Source of the DNA: Octopus vulgaris
Lineage: Eukaryota
DNA length: 64,000 nucleotides
Assembly (NCBI GenBank): GCA_951406725.2
Contig: OX597832.1
Location: 26,288,001 to 26,352,000 of the forward strand
Direction of reading: 5' to 3'
Position numbers and translations under genes: made by a program. The notes under the pieces are model-generated. The model was not told where the DNA came from, ran no database searches, and saw nothing but the letters and a program-made list of their open reading frames with translations. This document shows positions 1 through 13,826 of the stretch, one piece after another. Position 1 is the stretch's first letter. Each line of letters starts with the position of its first letter.

Positions 1-284
1 AATGTGAATTTCATTTCGTTCTGATATTAGAGGACTTGAACGAGGATTTTATCAATGTTAATTAATTTCAAGAAGAGCTTTTTGAAAGTTCAAATATAGA
101 AAAAAAATAAACTTGTCAAATCTATCAGCGTCCTTTTCTTATTGAATAAGAAGACGAATCTAATTGTTGGAAATAAATTAATGATGGCGTATTTAAATTT
201 TCAAATTTACAAAAAAAAACATGCCTAAAATTCAATACTGAAGTGGAAAGTCGACTCAAATACATATGAAAATATGTGCAGACC

Positions 285-700
285 AGGCAGCGAGCTGGCA
301 AAAATGTTAGCACGCCAAGCGAAATGCTTTGTGGTATTTTGTCGGTCTTTAGTTCTGAGTTCAAATTCCGCCGAGGTCGACTTTGCCTTTCATCCTTTCG
401 GGGTCGATAAATTAAGTACCAGTTATGCACTGGGGCCGATGTAATCGACTTAATACCTTTGTCTGTCCTTGTTTGTCCCCTCTGTGTTTAGCCCCTTGTG
501 GGTAGTAAAGAAATAGGTATTTCGTCTGCCGTTACGTTCTGAGTTCAAATTCCGCCGAGGTTGACTTTGCCTTTCATCACTTCGGAGTCGATAAATTAAG
601 TACCATTTACGCACTGGGGTCGATGTAATCGACTTAATCCGTTTGTCTGTCCTTGTTTGTCCCCTCTGTGTTTAGCCCCTTGTGGGTGGTAAAGAAATAT
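285..700 (+). mobile_element. SINE family A (tRNA-derived), head plus one extra headless unit
   Basis: A-box-like GAGCTGGCAAAAATGTTAG, B-box-like GAGTTCAAATTCC, core GTCGACTTTGCCTTTCATCCTTTCGGGGTCGATAAATTAAGTACC (resembles the Meta/MESC-type SINE core, from memory). Second unit restarts at GGTATTTCGTCTG near 516. Confidence 0.85.
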
Positions 701-704
701 ATAT

Positions 705-952
705 AAGGCGGCGAGCTGGCAGAAACGTTAGCACGCCAAGCGAAATGCGTAGCCGTATTTCGTCTTCCGTTACGTTCTAAGTTCAAATTCTGCCGAGGTC
801 GACTTTGTCTTTATCCTTTCGGGGTCGATTAAATAAGTACCAGTTACGCACTGGTGTCGATATAATCGACTTAATCTGTTTGTCTGTCCTTTGTTTGTCC
901 TCCCTGTGTTTATCCCCTTGTGGGTAGTAAAAAAATAGGTATTTTGTCGGTC
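705..952 (+). mobile_element. SINE family A
   Basis: Full head AAGGCGGCGAGCTGGCAGAAACGTTAG through tail GTGGGTAGTAAAAAAATA, then the start of a second unit. Confidence 0.85.
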
Positions 953-1854
953 TTGGGGTGGTGGGGAGGGATTATCGAATATAAAAACTAATGTAAGAAA
1001 TTGATTGCAACTGAACGATAACGTAAGATTCGGCTTATCAAAAATGAAATCTATACCGGAAGAACTTTTCTATAAATTTTGTCCAAAAGTCAAGGCTCTC
1101 AATAAAATACATAAATATGTGAGTAATTTTATGATCTAATGAAAGTAAAAACAAGTTTGGTTCATTACAATAAAATGGAGAAAATGGTGAAGTACAAACT
1201 TGCATAGAACCAAGGTTTACTAAATTATAAAGTCGGACATTTTCTAAATATAACTCCATCCATCTCAATCGTTCACTTATTTCTGTGAGAACCTAGGGAG
1301 TGAGTCCACAGGTAAGCCTTCCAGGGGCTCTTATTAGAAGCAAATGCCAGCTTGGGGATCTAATACTCCGGTTAAATCCGCAAGTGTTAGTAACGATGGT
1401 AATGCATTGTATTCAACCAGCTCGTCCGTGGTTTACTCTTAAGGTCTCCAACCAGTCGGTATTGCTCATAGAGTCCGATCCGTGATTCCTTTCTTAGATA
1501 ATCTAATCCGATGTCCGTAGGATCAGAGCTGTGAACCTCTTCTCAATGCGAAGAAGTAACAGCTTGACCTGGAACGATTCTGTCATCTCCAAACCACACA
1601 TCCTAAACCTTGGAATAAAATATTATTCAATCTTGGAATAAAAATAATCGTTATATAATATTTTAAAATTCTATTCGTGCCGAAATAAATTAGAGAAATC
1701 AAATATTAGAAGATTGTATAATACAATAAATTAGAATATCATAAAATTCAATTCGTGACGAAATAAGCAACTTAGGTTTGACGCCATTTTTATTGCAAAC
1801 ATTTTTATTGCTTATTTTTGCTTTATCACTGACTCGAAGCACAATTATGTGTCC

Positions 1855-1993
1855 ATATATGAGTGTGTATGTATATATGTATATATACACACATATATAT
1901 ATATGTATGTGTGTGTATATATATATACATATATATACGTACATATATATATATGTATGTATATATGTATGTGTATATATATATATTTATGTA

Positions 1994-2048
<55 letters not shown>

Positions 2049-2109
2049 ATATATATATGTATATATGTATGTATATATGTATATATATATACATATGTTT
2101 ATACATATA

Positions 2110-2145
<36 letters not shown>

Positions 2146-2220
2146 TGTATGTATGTATGTATGTATGCATGTATGTATGTATACATGTATGTATGTTTGT
2201 ATGTATGTGTGTATGCACAC
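1855..2220. repeat. compound (TA)n/(TATG)n microsatellite
   Basis: Directly visible. Representative of dozens of similar tracts (e.g. 4785-4875, 29430-29720, 40440-41220, 45795-46155, 50380-50660). Confidence 0.95.
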
Positions 2221-2310
2221 CTCATTTCAGCGTACCGTGATGGCTGGGCGGACGCTCGTTTCTATTTCTCCATTTTACTTTTTCCGTTCTTTTCTGTCTA
2301 TGTATATCCT

Positions 2311-2352
2311 GTCTTTCCGAAGAAGAATGAACACTCGAAGAGCAAAAGACAT
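2311..2352 (+). ncRNA. degenerate minimal hammerhead-like motif (CCGANGA family)
   Basis: gtcttt-CCGAAGA-agaatgaacactc-GAAG-agca-aaagac. Stem I gtcttt/aaagac is intact, the core is decayed. Same family as 8053 and 42986. Confidence 0.35.
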
Positions 2353-2422
2353 TTCTTTGTTTCTCCTCCAAACGTTTCCTGAGCGTAAACCTAATTGCGT
2401 TTGTTATTAGTTTTCTTTTTTA

Positions 2423-2462
<40 letters not shown>

Positions 2463-2544
2463 GTCTGTATGTAGATATTTATGTATATATATGAATCGGT
2501 GAGTGGTTGTGAGCGTGTGTGACCGTGTGTGTGTGTGTGTGTCT

Positions 2545-2603
2545 GTTTTACCCCAGTGTCACTTTGATGGCATGCACTGCTCTCTCACTCAAAAATAATA
2601 ATA
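2545..2603 (+). mobile_element. 3' end of (TAA)n-tailed element family E
   Basis: CCCCAGTGTCACTTTGATGGCATGCACTGCTCTCTCACTCAA then AATAATAATAA; matches the reverse complement of 47641-47690. Confidence 0.7.
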
Positions 2604-2607
2604 AAAT

Positions 2608-3167
2608 ATGGCATGACAATGTGGCAGGAATGATCCATTTGGGGCTCTGAAAATCACGGCCTACAAAGAGCAAAGACGTGGTATAAGCAAACCCCAGGAG
2701 TCATCGAGAATGCAAATTGCAAAATCCTGTGGGATGCTATGATTCAGCGCGATCACCTGACCAGACATCAGAAATCGGACATTGTTGTGGTGAATAAAGA
2801 AAGAATATGATAATCGACATAGCATGTCCCACTGACAACAGAATCAAAGAGAAAGAAGAAGAAAAGCTGAACAACTAAAACGATTTGAAGTGGGAAATAC
2901 GAAGGTTGTGGTCAATGAAGAGAGTAGACGTGCTACCAATAGTAATTGGTGCACTTGGAAAAATCACCACTCGACTATCAACATGGATGAAAAAGATTGG
3001 TGCAAGTGTGAAGGCAGAACACCTACAAAAATCAGCATTGTTTGGAAGTGCAAGAATTCTTAGCAGGGTTCTTGAAGTATGACCAGTAAATAAGTATCAC
3101 CATAGTCTGCTGGGTGTGTACAGCTGACACTTTCCATCATACCCAGCAAAATAAGCTGTGAGTTTTC

Positions 3168-3204
<37 letters not shown>
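2608..3204 (+). mobile_element. degraded 3' end of R4/Dong-like non-LTR retrotransposon (restriction-like endonuclease)
   Basis: Translation across stops and frameshifts gives HDNVA..IH, KILWD, DIVVV, IIDIACP.D, LKWEIRRLW, PIVIGALG, LQKSALFGSARIL; homologous to ORF 32543. Followed by 3' UTR and (TAA)n tail. Confidence 0.85.
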
Positions 3205-3209
3205 CTCTT

Positions 3210-3420
3210 TATAGACAAAAGGCCTGAAATCTGGGGCGAAGGGGTTAGTCGATTATATCGATCCTAGTGTTCAATAGGTAGTTATTTTATCGACCCTGAA
3301 AAATAAATAAATAAAAAGTTGACCTCGGTGAAATTTGAACTTAGAACGAAAAGAGCCGTGAGAAACGCTACTAAGCATTTTTTCCCAACACGCTAACGAT
3401 TCAGCCACCTCAGCGCCTTA
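3210..3420 (-). mobile_element. SINE family A, alternative-tail variant, diverged
   Basis: Reverse complement of the family A core with the AAAGGCCTGAAAT tail. Confidence 0.7.
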
Positions 3421-3733
3421 AAACTGAAGCAATTTAACGACAAGCGATAATCCATGTTACAGTTGTAGATGCATGGCTTAAAGCCATTTTCGTGAGAATT
3501 ATCAATAACTAATTCCATAAAAGATATAACCTAGAAAAATAAATTTCGTAAATTGCCGTAATTATAAAATTAATTAGCTATTCCCAGTTGCAAATTCAGT
3601 TTTGAAGCAATAAAATGCTTTACGAATTTTCGGTAGAATTAGGAGAAAATCGGCCGAAATCACGCACCTTTCTCTTGTTTAATGATATTAAATCGGATTT
3701 TCTTTCTTAATTAAATATCTAATTACTAATCGC

Positions 3734-3931
3734 TATATTTACTTCTATATTGAATTCTCTGAAAGAGTTGGTGGGGTAGGGTGGGGGCAGAAAACGGTAA
3801 AGAGAAAAAAAACGGGTGCTTTTCTTCTTTTCAATTTTGTGCTTACCATCTTAAAATCGTAAAAACCCACGTTGAGTCCTTACTAACTCTCTTTCACTCT
3901 CTCTTTATCTATCTATCTGTCTATATATCTG

Positions 3932-3950
<19 letters not shown>
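3734..3950. repeat. unique-looking segment duplicated in inverted orientation at 14385-14600
   Basis: TATATTTACTTCTATATTGAATTCTCTGAAAGAGTTGGTGGGG...GTTGAGTCCTTACTAACTCTC is nearly the exact reverse complement of 14440-14598. Confidence 0.85.
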
Positions 3951-4006
<56 letters not shown>

Positions 4007-4017
4007 GTTTATTTGTG

Positions 4018-4080
<63 letters not shown>

Positions 4081-4094
4081 GTGTGTGTGTGTGT

Positions 4095-4455
4095 GTGGCT
4101 ATGTGATAAGAAGTTTGCTTCCCAGACACATGGTTCCGGGTTCAGTCTCACTGCGTGGCACCTTAGGCAAGTGTTTTCTACTATAGCCTCGGACTGACCT
4201 AAGCCCGTCAAATGTGTGTATGTGTGTGTGTGTCTTTGTGTCTTTGTGTCTGTGTTTGTCCCACCCCTACCATCGCTTCACAACCGATATTGGTACATTT
4301 ACATCTCTGTAACTTAGCGGTTCGGCAAAAGACACCGATAGAATAAGTACCCGGCTTACAAAGTATAAGTTATGGGGTCGATTTCTTCGACTAAAAAGCG
4401 GTGCTCCAGCATGGCCGCAGTCAAATGATTGAAACAAATAACAAAATAAAAGAAT
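4095..4455 (+). mobile_element. SINE family B (tRNA head, CORE-like domain, internal microsatellite)
   Basis: GGTTCCGGGTTCAGTC, GTGGCACCTTAGGCAAGTGT (CORE-like), tail CCAGCATGGCCGCAGTCAAATGA.TGAAACAA.TAA. Confidence 0.8.
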
Positions 4456-4784
4456 ACATACATATACACACCACTCCCCAATAACAAAAAATGCTAAGCT
4501 TTTAAGCTACTTGTTTGATGAGTTTTGCTGAAATCAGTATGCACTGCTCTTTGTGAAATACATATTGTTGCGTCAACTATTTTTGAAACAGCTGTAAAGG
4601 TTTTATAGGAATTTGTGTTTGCTTCGTTCGTGATTCTTATGATTACGTTATGTTGATATAATAACTTTAGGAAATAATATAAATGAGATAATGCCATATA
4701 TGCGTGCTTGATCGTTTTTAATCTTTATAAATCATATATCAGAAATATGTGTGTGCGTGCGTGCCCGTATATGTACATGCATAC

Positions 4785-4876
<92 letters not shown>

Positions 4877-4942
4877 ATATAACCAGGCATTTATAGATGT
4901 ATGTATACAAAAAGACATGTACATACATGCAGGCACACACAT

Positions 4943-4993
<51 letters not shown>

Positions 4994-5044
4994 AATAGTA
5001 ATCATAAGACAACAAAAGAATGTATGAGATCTCGATATTATTAA

Positions 5045-5277
5045 AAGGCGGCGAGCTGGCAGAAACGTTAGCACGCCGGCCGAAATGCGTAGCGGTATTT
5101 CGTCTGCGTTACGTTGTGAGTTCAAATTCCGCCGAGGTCGACTTTGCCTTTCATCCTTTCGGGGTCGATAAATTAAGTACCAGTTACGCACTGGGGTCGA
5201 TGTAATCGACTTAATACCTATGTCTGTCCTTGTTTGTCCCCTCTGTGTTTAGCCCCTTGTGAGCAATAAAGAAATAG
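5045..5277 (+). mobile_element. SINE family A monomer
   Basis: Near-consensus copy. Confidence 0.9.
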
Positions 5278-5385
5278 ATATTATGTAAAGGAATTTATCT
5301 GTAATATAATATGTGACAATTATTCGGTTGACATAATAAAACTCTGAATTACGGATGTTGGGTCGAAAAACTGCTCTGGCATCTC

Positions 5386-5952
<567 letters not shown>

Positions 5953-6010
5953 GATATGTACGTGTATATATGCATGTATGTATGCATATATACTTACACA
6001 TACACACACG

Positions 6011-6065
<55 letters not shown>

Positions 6066-6573
6066 CGGCGTAATGAAGAGGTACTTATACACAAATGTAT
6101 ATACACATATAAAAGCTCAGTTCAAACTCCATATTTTTCGATTGCCTCAACGCAACAGCTATAATAACACGTATAATTACGCATTCAGTTTGTAAATGAG
6201 TATAACGGTTGCCAAGAGCAAAATATGATAGAAATAGAAAAACCAACAATATAATTGTTATTTCAAAACTTCAACATTCATAATTAACATTGAAACGGCT
6301 GTAGAAATTAAATAAAATTTTGACATATCAAGAATATCGTTTCTGTTCGATTTCTATCTTTATATGTACGTGTGTGTGCGTGTGTATGTGTGTGTGTGTA
6401 TGTGTGTGTATGCCCAGACACACACACACTCACAGTACACACATATAATTCTTAACTTCTTTTTATGAAGATAATTTGAGCAATATATAATAAGAAGTCA
6501 TGCTGACAAACTGATGAATGTGTTACCCTAAAGAATGGCAAGGGGCATGAGCAACGTATATATATATATATAC

Positions 6574-6635
<62 letters not shown>

Positions 6636-6711
6636 GTATATATATATATATGCAGCTCGATGATGTATACACTCTCAATATCACGTGCTTCACGTATGTG
6701 TATTGTTAAAC

Positions 6712-6885
6712 GTCGCTTGACAACCGATGCTGGTGTGTTAACGTCCCCCATAACTTAACGGTTCGCAAAAGTAACCGATAGAATAAGTACTGGGCTTACA
6801 AAGAATAAGTCCTTGGGTCGATTTGCTCGACCAAAGGCGGTGCTCTAGCATGGCCGCAGTCAAATGAGTGAAACAAGTATAAGAA
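6712..6885 (+). mobile_element. SINE family B, 3' half
   Basis: CGCTTGACAACCGATGCTGGTGTG...GCCGCAGTCAAATGAGTGAAACAAG. Confidence 0.8.
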
Positions 6886-7304
6886 TACACACACGCACGT
6901 TCAAACTTATATATACATATGTGTGTGTATGTACGTACGTATGTATGTTTGTATATCATTATTCAGTTTTATTTCAAGATTTCTTGGCAATAGAGAAAGA
7001 GACGGTTTCGAACCTAGATCCAAGGCTCTTTTATTGGAATTTCAGCATCAACAACTGAGTATTTTTGCATGTATGTATATGTGCTGATTTGCATGCTTTG
7101 TTTTATGCATGCATGCATGTTTGTATGTATGTATGTATGTATGTATGTATATATGTATGTATGTTTGTATGTATGCATGTATGTATGTATGTATGTGTGT
7201 GTGTATGAATGTATGTATGTATGTATGTATGTATGTATGTATGTATGTTTGTATGTATGTATGTGTGTGTATGAATGTATTTCCTTGGTATGACATTAAA
7301 CTGC

Positions 7305-7620
7305 ATCCGGGGCCCTAGTTCAAGAATTCCGGGGTTGTGAGAGGTGCGGACCCACCCCTAAGCCACTATTGATCCCAGGTCTACTCCGATCCGAAATAGA
7401 AGCACCTGTTAGGGTAGGGTTCCAGTTGTGGGTTAACTAGCATATGTGATGGCAGTCCATTCGAGCGCAGGGACGCAGAAAGGTACTTAGTTGACGTCAG
7501 GTCACGCAGTAAAACCACAGCAAATGAGGGACCTCTAGCTGTTGCTGCAGTGCCCTTCTAGGAGAGGGTCACTCTGATATAAGACCTGCCGTTTCACATG
7601 ATTACAAGTCGTCCTGCTTT
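7305..7620 (+). mobile_element. diverged interspersed repeat (family F), possibly LINE 5' UTR-like
   Basis: GC-richer island whose start aligns by eye with the reverse complement of 55630-55740. Confidence 0.4.
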
Positions 7621-8052
7621 GGTACTAATCACGGAAACTCAGAGCGTGGTACACGTGTTGTACAAGCGTTTATCACTGTAATCCAATGAGGAACAGACGT
7701 CTTTTTATGGTGGCCACATTTGTCATCCCATCAACTGGAAGTCCCGCGGCGATGTGTGCAGACTGAACCAGTTGGAAATGCAGAGTAACTTTCGTCTGTC
7801 ACCTATGGTTCAAACCATGCAGATTAGTCATCTGAGAGGTCATGGGTGGAATGTCGGAATTACTATTGGAGCACAAGAGTCGGCAATCAACTATGAAGAT
7901 AGAGTAAATACCATGCGTGTATGTATATAAACCCGTTATACTCACATTGCCTACATACACACGCACACACACATACACGCATATCAGCATACAGACAGTC
8001 TGAGAGAGTCTTATTCTTTTCTTCTTCTTTTTTTCTCTCTCCTCATCTATCC

Positions 8053-8086
8053 TTTCCGTAAAAGAGCGTAGGCTCGAAACGTTAAA
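8053..8086 (+). ncRNA. degenerate minimal hammerhead-like motif (CCGANGA family)
   Basis: ttt-CCGTAAA-a-gagc-gtag-gctc-GAAAC-GTT-aaa. Confidence 0.45.
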
Positions 8087-8303
8087 AACATCTTCCAACT
8101 TTCCTCAGCGTCAACAAAACAGCGTCAACAAAAAAAAACAAAAAACAAAAACTTGTTTGTTGTTTTCTATTTTTTACCTTGGCTCCGTGCTTTTTTTAGA
8201 TTTTTGTGTGCGTGCGCGTATGTATATATGTATATTTATATATATATATGTATGTGTGTGTGTGCATGTGCGCGTGTGTATGTAAGCAATGTATGTATAT
8301 AAG

Positions 8304-8368
<65 letters not shown>

Positions 8369-8419
8369 TAGTAATGCAATACTAGAGTATTGCTTTCCAG
8401 TTGTGCCATTTATTTACTT

Positions 8420-8486
<67 letters not shown>

Positions 8487-8600
8487 GCATGTATGTATGT
8501 ATTTATATATATATATGTGTGTGTATATATATATGTGTGCATGTGCGCAGTGTATGTATATAAGTATATATATTTATACACACACATATATATATGTATA

Positions 8601-8649
<49 letters not shown>

Positions 8650-8753
8650 GTGGTGCTATTAAGTTAGACATGGCCTGGGCCTATACTAGCCGAAACCTAT
8701 CAAAGTTATCAAAGTTACATAAACACATGTATGTGAGTATGTGTGTATAAGTA

Positions 8754-8805
<52 letters not shown>

Positions 8806-8993
8806 CATATATGCATGTTTGTGTGTGCATTTTTTATCTATTTTGTTTGCCATATCTATATGTAGCTGTGTGTGTCTGTGTGTGTGACGGAAGAAAAAAA
8901 GATCAACAACAGAGAACAGTAAAACCAAACAACAGCAGACGATAGACGTAAATTAACGATGGACGTTTGTTAATGAATTGAACCAGGACTTAC

Positions 8994-9140
8994 CTGGGAC
9001 TAGAAGAAACTTCTCGGATTTTTCAGTGAAGGTGAATTTTGTCCGAAAAAATATCAAAGGCCGAGTAGCAGGAATTTGTGAGTTTACTGCTTTGGAACTT
9101 CTCAGCAAATGGTAAATATTCGCAACGCGGTGTCGCAATA
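8994..9140 (-). other. putative first (5' UTR) exon of a minus-strand gene
   Basis: Perfect donor CAG|GTAAGT on the minus strand (intron starts 8993). Non-repetitive sequence adjacent to a GC/CpG-enriched region. The 5' boundary is a guess. Confidence 0.45.
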
Positions 9141-9560
9141 TATTTCCTATGGCGGGGAGTAAGAGGGAGGGGAGAGGGTGGAAGAAGTTGGTTGGTGGGC
9201 GGAAGAGGAATAGGCAGAGGAATGGTAATGGTCGAGGTGGGAGAAGTGAGGGTGTGTGGCGGGTGTGAAGGGGTGGAGAGCTGGGGGGGGCTGGGGGAGG
9301 CTGGAGGATTAAGGTGGTGGAGTGGAGGTCGGCGGTGAAAGTTGCGTGTAGACGCGCGTGAGCGTGTGTGCGCGAGCGCGTGTAAGGAGGAGGAGGAGGC
9401 GGAGGAGGAATAGGTGTAAAACAACGGGAGTTTGAGGGGGGTAAGAAAAAAAAGAAGCGGGAGGAGGAAAAGATTGGGAGGAGGAGAAGGGGGAGGAGAA
9501 GGCTGAGGAGGATAAGGTGGCGGAAACTGTTTAAGAGGAGTGGAAAGAGGTAGGAGAGAA
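9140..9560 (-). promoter_or_regulatory. GC-rich, G-tract-rich promoter-like region
   Basis: GGGCGG and GGCGGG boxes, CpG-rich GACGCGCGTGAGCGTGTGTGCGCGAGCGCG, strong purine skew, in an AT-rich background. Confidence 0.4.
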
Positions 9561-10140
9561 TTCAAACAGCGTATCCACGGTGGTGGTGGTGGTTGTGGTG
9601 GTTGTGCTGGTGGTGCTGGTGTTGCTGGTGGTGATGATGATGGTGACGGTGGTGATGGTGGTCGTCGTCGTCGTCAATAACAACATCATGGAGGTGGTGG
9701 CGTGTTGTGGTGGTAGTGGTGGTGGCGGTGGTAGTGGTGGTGATGCTAGGAGTAGAGACGATGGTGGTGGTGGTGGTGGTGGTGGTGGCGGGAATGAATT
9801 AAAAGAAAAGAAATGCAAATGACATGGCAAACCTGATTTAATTAGGAAATTATAGAAATAAAAAAATATAGAGAGATTATTAATTATAATGATTTATTAT
9901 TATTATTACTATTATTATTATTATTATTATTATTATTATCAATATCAATATCAGTATTATTAGTATTTGATATGTTAAAAAACATATAAGAAAAAGAAAG
10001 AAAAAACAACAATAAAAGAATCAAATAATTCAGAGAAGAGGCGGAGGAGGAGGAGAGAGAGAAAGAAGAGGAGAAGAGAGAAAGAAAGAGAGAAAGAGAG
10101 AAAGAGAGAGCAGGAGGGTGGTGGAAAGCGAAAGTAAAAG

Positions 10141-10274
10141 GCTTTTTCCATTTTTAATTGACCAATCGCATTGTAATAAATTGATATGCTCGCAGCTGAT
10201 TGGCTGCTTTCGGTTGTCGTCGCCGTCGTCGTCGTGGTCTTCGTTTTAGCCACAGGTTAACAGTATTTATCCAG

Positions 10275-10275
<1 letters not shown>
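10141..10275. promoter_or_regulatory. paired CCAAT-box / homeodomain-site element
   Basis: GACCAATCG at ~10160 and CTGATTGGCT at ~10196 in opposite orientations, plus TTAATTG, TAATAAATTGA and E-box CAGCTG. Confidence 0.4.
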
Positions 10276-10311
<36 letters not shown>

Positions 10312-10419
10312 TGTGCGTGCTGTGTGTGTTTGTATGCAGATACGCACACATAGGCATGTACACGCACACACATATACACATGAAAGCAGGAAAAATAAGC
10401 AGGCAAAACAGAACTCAAA

Positions 10420-10535
10420 ATCTATCGCGGGTGTTCACATTCCACCACTACCGCCCCACCTCCAGCCCCGCGATAAGTGAAAATTCCGCGAAGTAGAAAC
10501 AGTACTGTATTGTATAAATTTTTTTTTTATCTTTA
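10420..10535 (+). mobile_element. partial pogo/Tigger-type MITE
   Basis: Shares CGCGAAGTAGAAACAGTACTGTA with the complete MITE at 16005. Confidence 0.65.
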
Positions 10536-10539
10536 TAAT

Positions 10540-10775
10540 TTACTCTTTTACTCCTTTACATGTTTCAGTCATTTGACTGTGACCATGCTGGAGCACCGCC
10601 TTTAGTCGAGCAAATCGATCCCAGGACTTATTCTTTGTAAGCCTAGTACTTATTCTATCGGTCTCTTTTGCAGAACCGCTATGTTAAGGGGATGTAAACA
10701 CACCAGCATCGGTTGTCAAGTGATGTTGGGGGAATTAGCACAGACACACAAACACACATACATATATATATATAT

Positions 10776-10840
<65 letters not shown>

Positions 10841-10897
10841 TATACATATATATACATATACATATATATATACATATATATATATATATATTTATAC

Positions 10898-10992
<95 letters not shown>

Positions 10993-11013
10993 CATATACA
11001 TATATATATATAC

Positions 11014-11111
<98 letters not shown>

Positions 11112-11245
11112 GACGGGCTTCTTTCAGTTTCCATCTACCAAATCCATTCACAAGGCTTTGGTCGGCCCGAGGCTATAGTAGAAGACACTTGGGACTGAAC
11201 CCGAAACCATGTGGTTCGTAAGCAAGCTACTTACCACACAACCAC
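10540..11245 (-). mobile_element. SINE family B with expanded internal (TA)/(CA) tract
   Basis: Reverse complement of the family B tail (10540-10750) and head (11110-11245). Confidence 0.85.
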
Positions 11246-11277
<32 letters not shown>

Positions 11278-11370
11278 TCACTCACACTCACACACACACA
11301 CACACATATATGCGTGTCCTCGATACATTATTTCTGCAAAATTTCCAGGATGGTCACATCTGGAATACTG

Positions 11371-11760
11371 TTGTATCAAAGTTAGTCCTGGAGTTAAACA
11401 GCAGCAACAACAACAGTAACAACAACAAACAGAGAAAGTATCCAAAGCATCCGTCCTCATGCCACGTATAATAAAAATGTGTGCGGTACTCCAGTATGGT
11501 CTCACCTCCAACGCTAATACACGTAAAAGAGTAAATTACTTCCCCCCCCCACCATACACACCTATAAAGACACACGCACACGCACCTGCATACTTATACG
11601 CATACATACACCAACACACATACATTCATATTGACGTGCACATGCACACACACACATACTTTCCTACATACACACCTACATACACACTCTCATACATACA
11701 CATCTACATACACACACTAACACACACATAAATCCTCCATAAACACTTTCACACACATAA
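11371..11760. repeat. segment duplicated in inverted orientation at ~16500-16890
   Basis: TTGTATCAAAGTTAGTCCTGGAGTTAAACAGCAGC...CATCCGTCCTCATGCCACGTATAATAAAAA...ATTGACGT matches the reverse complement of 16640-16890. Confidence 0.8.
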
Positions 11761-12269
11761 TTCTACACACACACATTCACATACATCTACACACACACAG
11801 ACGCACACACACACACACCTTCACACACCTACACACACACACACACTACACACATACACACACACATATAATTCTACACACACACATATAATTCTACACA
11901 CACACACATTCACATACATCTACACACCCACGCACACACACACACACACACACTCTCGCACATACACAAAGCTACACACACACACATTCACATGCATCTA
12001 CACACGCACACGCACACATACACAAACACACACACACATTCCTAATCGACAAATTAAGCTTATAACAAGGGCGGTCTCTAAGCGGGAGCTCATCCTGCTA
12101 AAAATAACAGCTATGACTCGATCCTGGCCGCATCCGATCTTATTTTGATGCTGTCCTGATAAGAGAAGCACACTTAAGACAGGTTGGGATGATCATGGAT
12201 GGATTGTCTTTGATCATTGGTCAACTCGCTCAGGTCTGAGACGGGGCTAAACGCTAACGGCATCACCAA

Positions 12270-12312
12270 TACCATCAGCCACCGTCATTACCAACTTACC
12301 ACGATCACCACC

Positions 12313-12358
<46 letters not shown>

Positions 12359-13130
12359 GCAGCAGCAGCAGCAGCGGCAACAAAACCGTTAAAAACAGCT
12401 GTACCACCACCATAGTACCATCATTAGCATCAGCATCATCACCACCACCATCACCACTACCACCATCACCACCACCACTACCACCACTACCACCACCACC
12501 ACCATCACCACCCATCACTGAACCCACCACCACCATCATCACCATCACCACCACCATCTCCACAACCGCCTCCACTATCACCACCACAATTACCACCAAC
12601 ACCACCACCACCACCACCATCACCACAACCACCACCACCACCACCATCACCACCACCACTACCACCACCACCAACATCACCACCCATCACTGACCCCACC
12701 ACTACCATCATCACCATCACCACCACCATTTCCACAACCACCTCCACCATCACCATCACCACCACCACCACAATTACCACCAACACCACCATCATCACCA
12801 CTACCACTACCATCACCACAACCACCTCCACCATCACCACCACCATCACCACCACTACCACCACCATCACCACAACCACTACCATCTCCACAACCGCCTC
12901 TACCATCACCATCATCTTCACCACCACCAGTATCACCACCACCACCACCACCATCACCGCCCATCACTGACCCCACCACCACCATCATCACCATTACCAC
13001 CACCATCTCCACAACGCGCCTCCACCATCACCATCATCTTCACCAACATCACCACCACCACCACTGACCCTCTCACCACCAACACAATCACATCCCATCA
13101 TCATCACCCCACCCCGCCACAAACCTCACC
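12270..13130. repeat. cryptic (ACC/ATC)n triplet array with higher-order repeats
   Basis: Anchor CCCATCACTGA(A/C)CCCACCAC recurs at ~12511, 12683 and 12961. Confidence 0.85.
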
Positions 13131-13522
13131 ATTGATACCACGAATATCCCCACCACTGCAAACCAATACATCTACACATAGAAGCACCTTTCTCTCCAAA
13201 CACACACACACACACACACGCGCGCGCACGCACACTCATACACACACACACACACATCGACACCGTACGCTAACCCCTACCAGGTCACTGAGCTTGCAGG
13301 AAATAACAGTCAAAGCTTCCTCAAAGCACGCTCGGCTTTCTTCGAAACAGAGAGCATATATATTAATGTTGTCCTTAGATACACCATATCAGAATGACGA
13401 GAGGGAGAGTCGCGGTTGGACTGTCTTTTAGTTGCAGTTCTGCTTGCTCTGCATTCACTTGTGGCTAAACTACAGCAAAAAACGAACAACAGCTTCCCGC
13501 AGAAACGCTCTCTCTCTCACTC

Positions 13523-13561
<39 letters not shown>

Positions 13562-13614
13562 GATACATTTATTAATGTATATATATTCATGCGTGTATGC
13601 ATATAATACCACAT

Positions 13615-13826
13615 GACCACCACCACGTGACCGACCAGACCATCAGATGTTGTTACACATCGCTGGTCACAATGCGTTCGCATTGTTTTAGCCTTTGAAT
13701 GACGCCACCCCGCTGGCTAAGCGAGCAGGCCAACAGAAGAAAGAGTCGGAGAAAGAGTGGTGAAAGAGTACAGCAGGGATCACCACCCCCTGCCGGAGCG
13801 TCGTGGAGCTTTTAGGTGTTTTCGCA
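13615..13826 (-). mobile_element. SINE family D, headless
   Basis: Reverse complement matches 52595-52790. Confidence 0.8.

Noticed and set aside
125-430. Recurrent ORF MxNWYLIYRPRKDERQSRPRRNLN (also 4979, 25092, 31772)
   Set aside because: Antisense reading of the SINE A core, not a gene family.
1300-1320. Plus-strand donor-like CAG|GTAAGC
   Set aside because: Isolated motif, expected by chance, with no exon evidence.
1699-2410. Many long ORFs of [12 protein letters not shown] type throughout the window
   Set aside because: Translations of dinucleotide microsatellites that lack stops; no coding signal.
6985-7050. Minus-strand stem-loop plus GAAAC-c-GTC
   Set aside because: CUGANGA core unrecognisable and no stem I.
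12217-13012. Thr/Pro-rich mucin-like ORFs (also 55794-56213)
   Set aside because: Derived from ACC-type triplet repeats, with no signal peptide or splice support.
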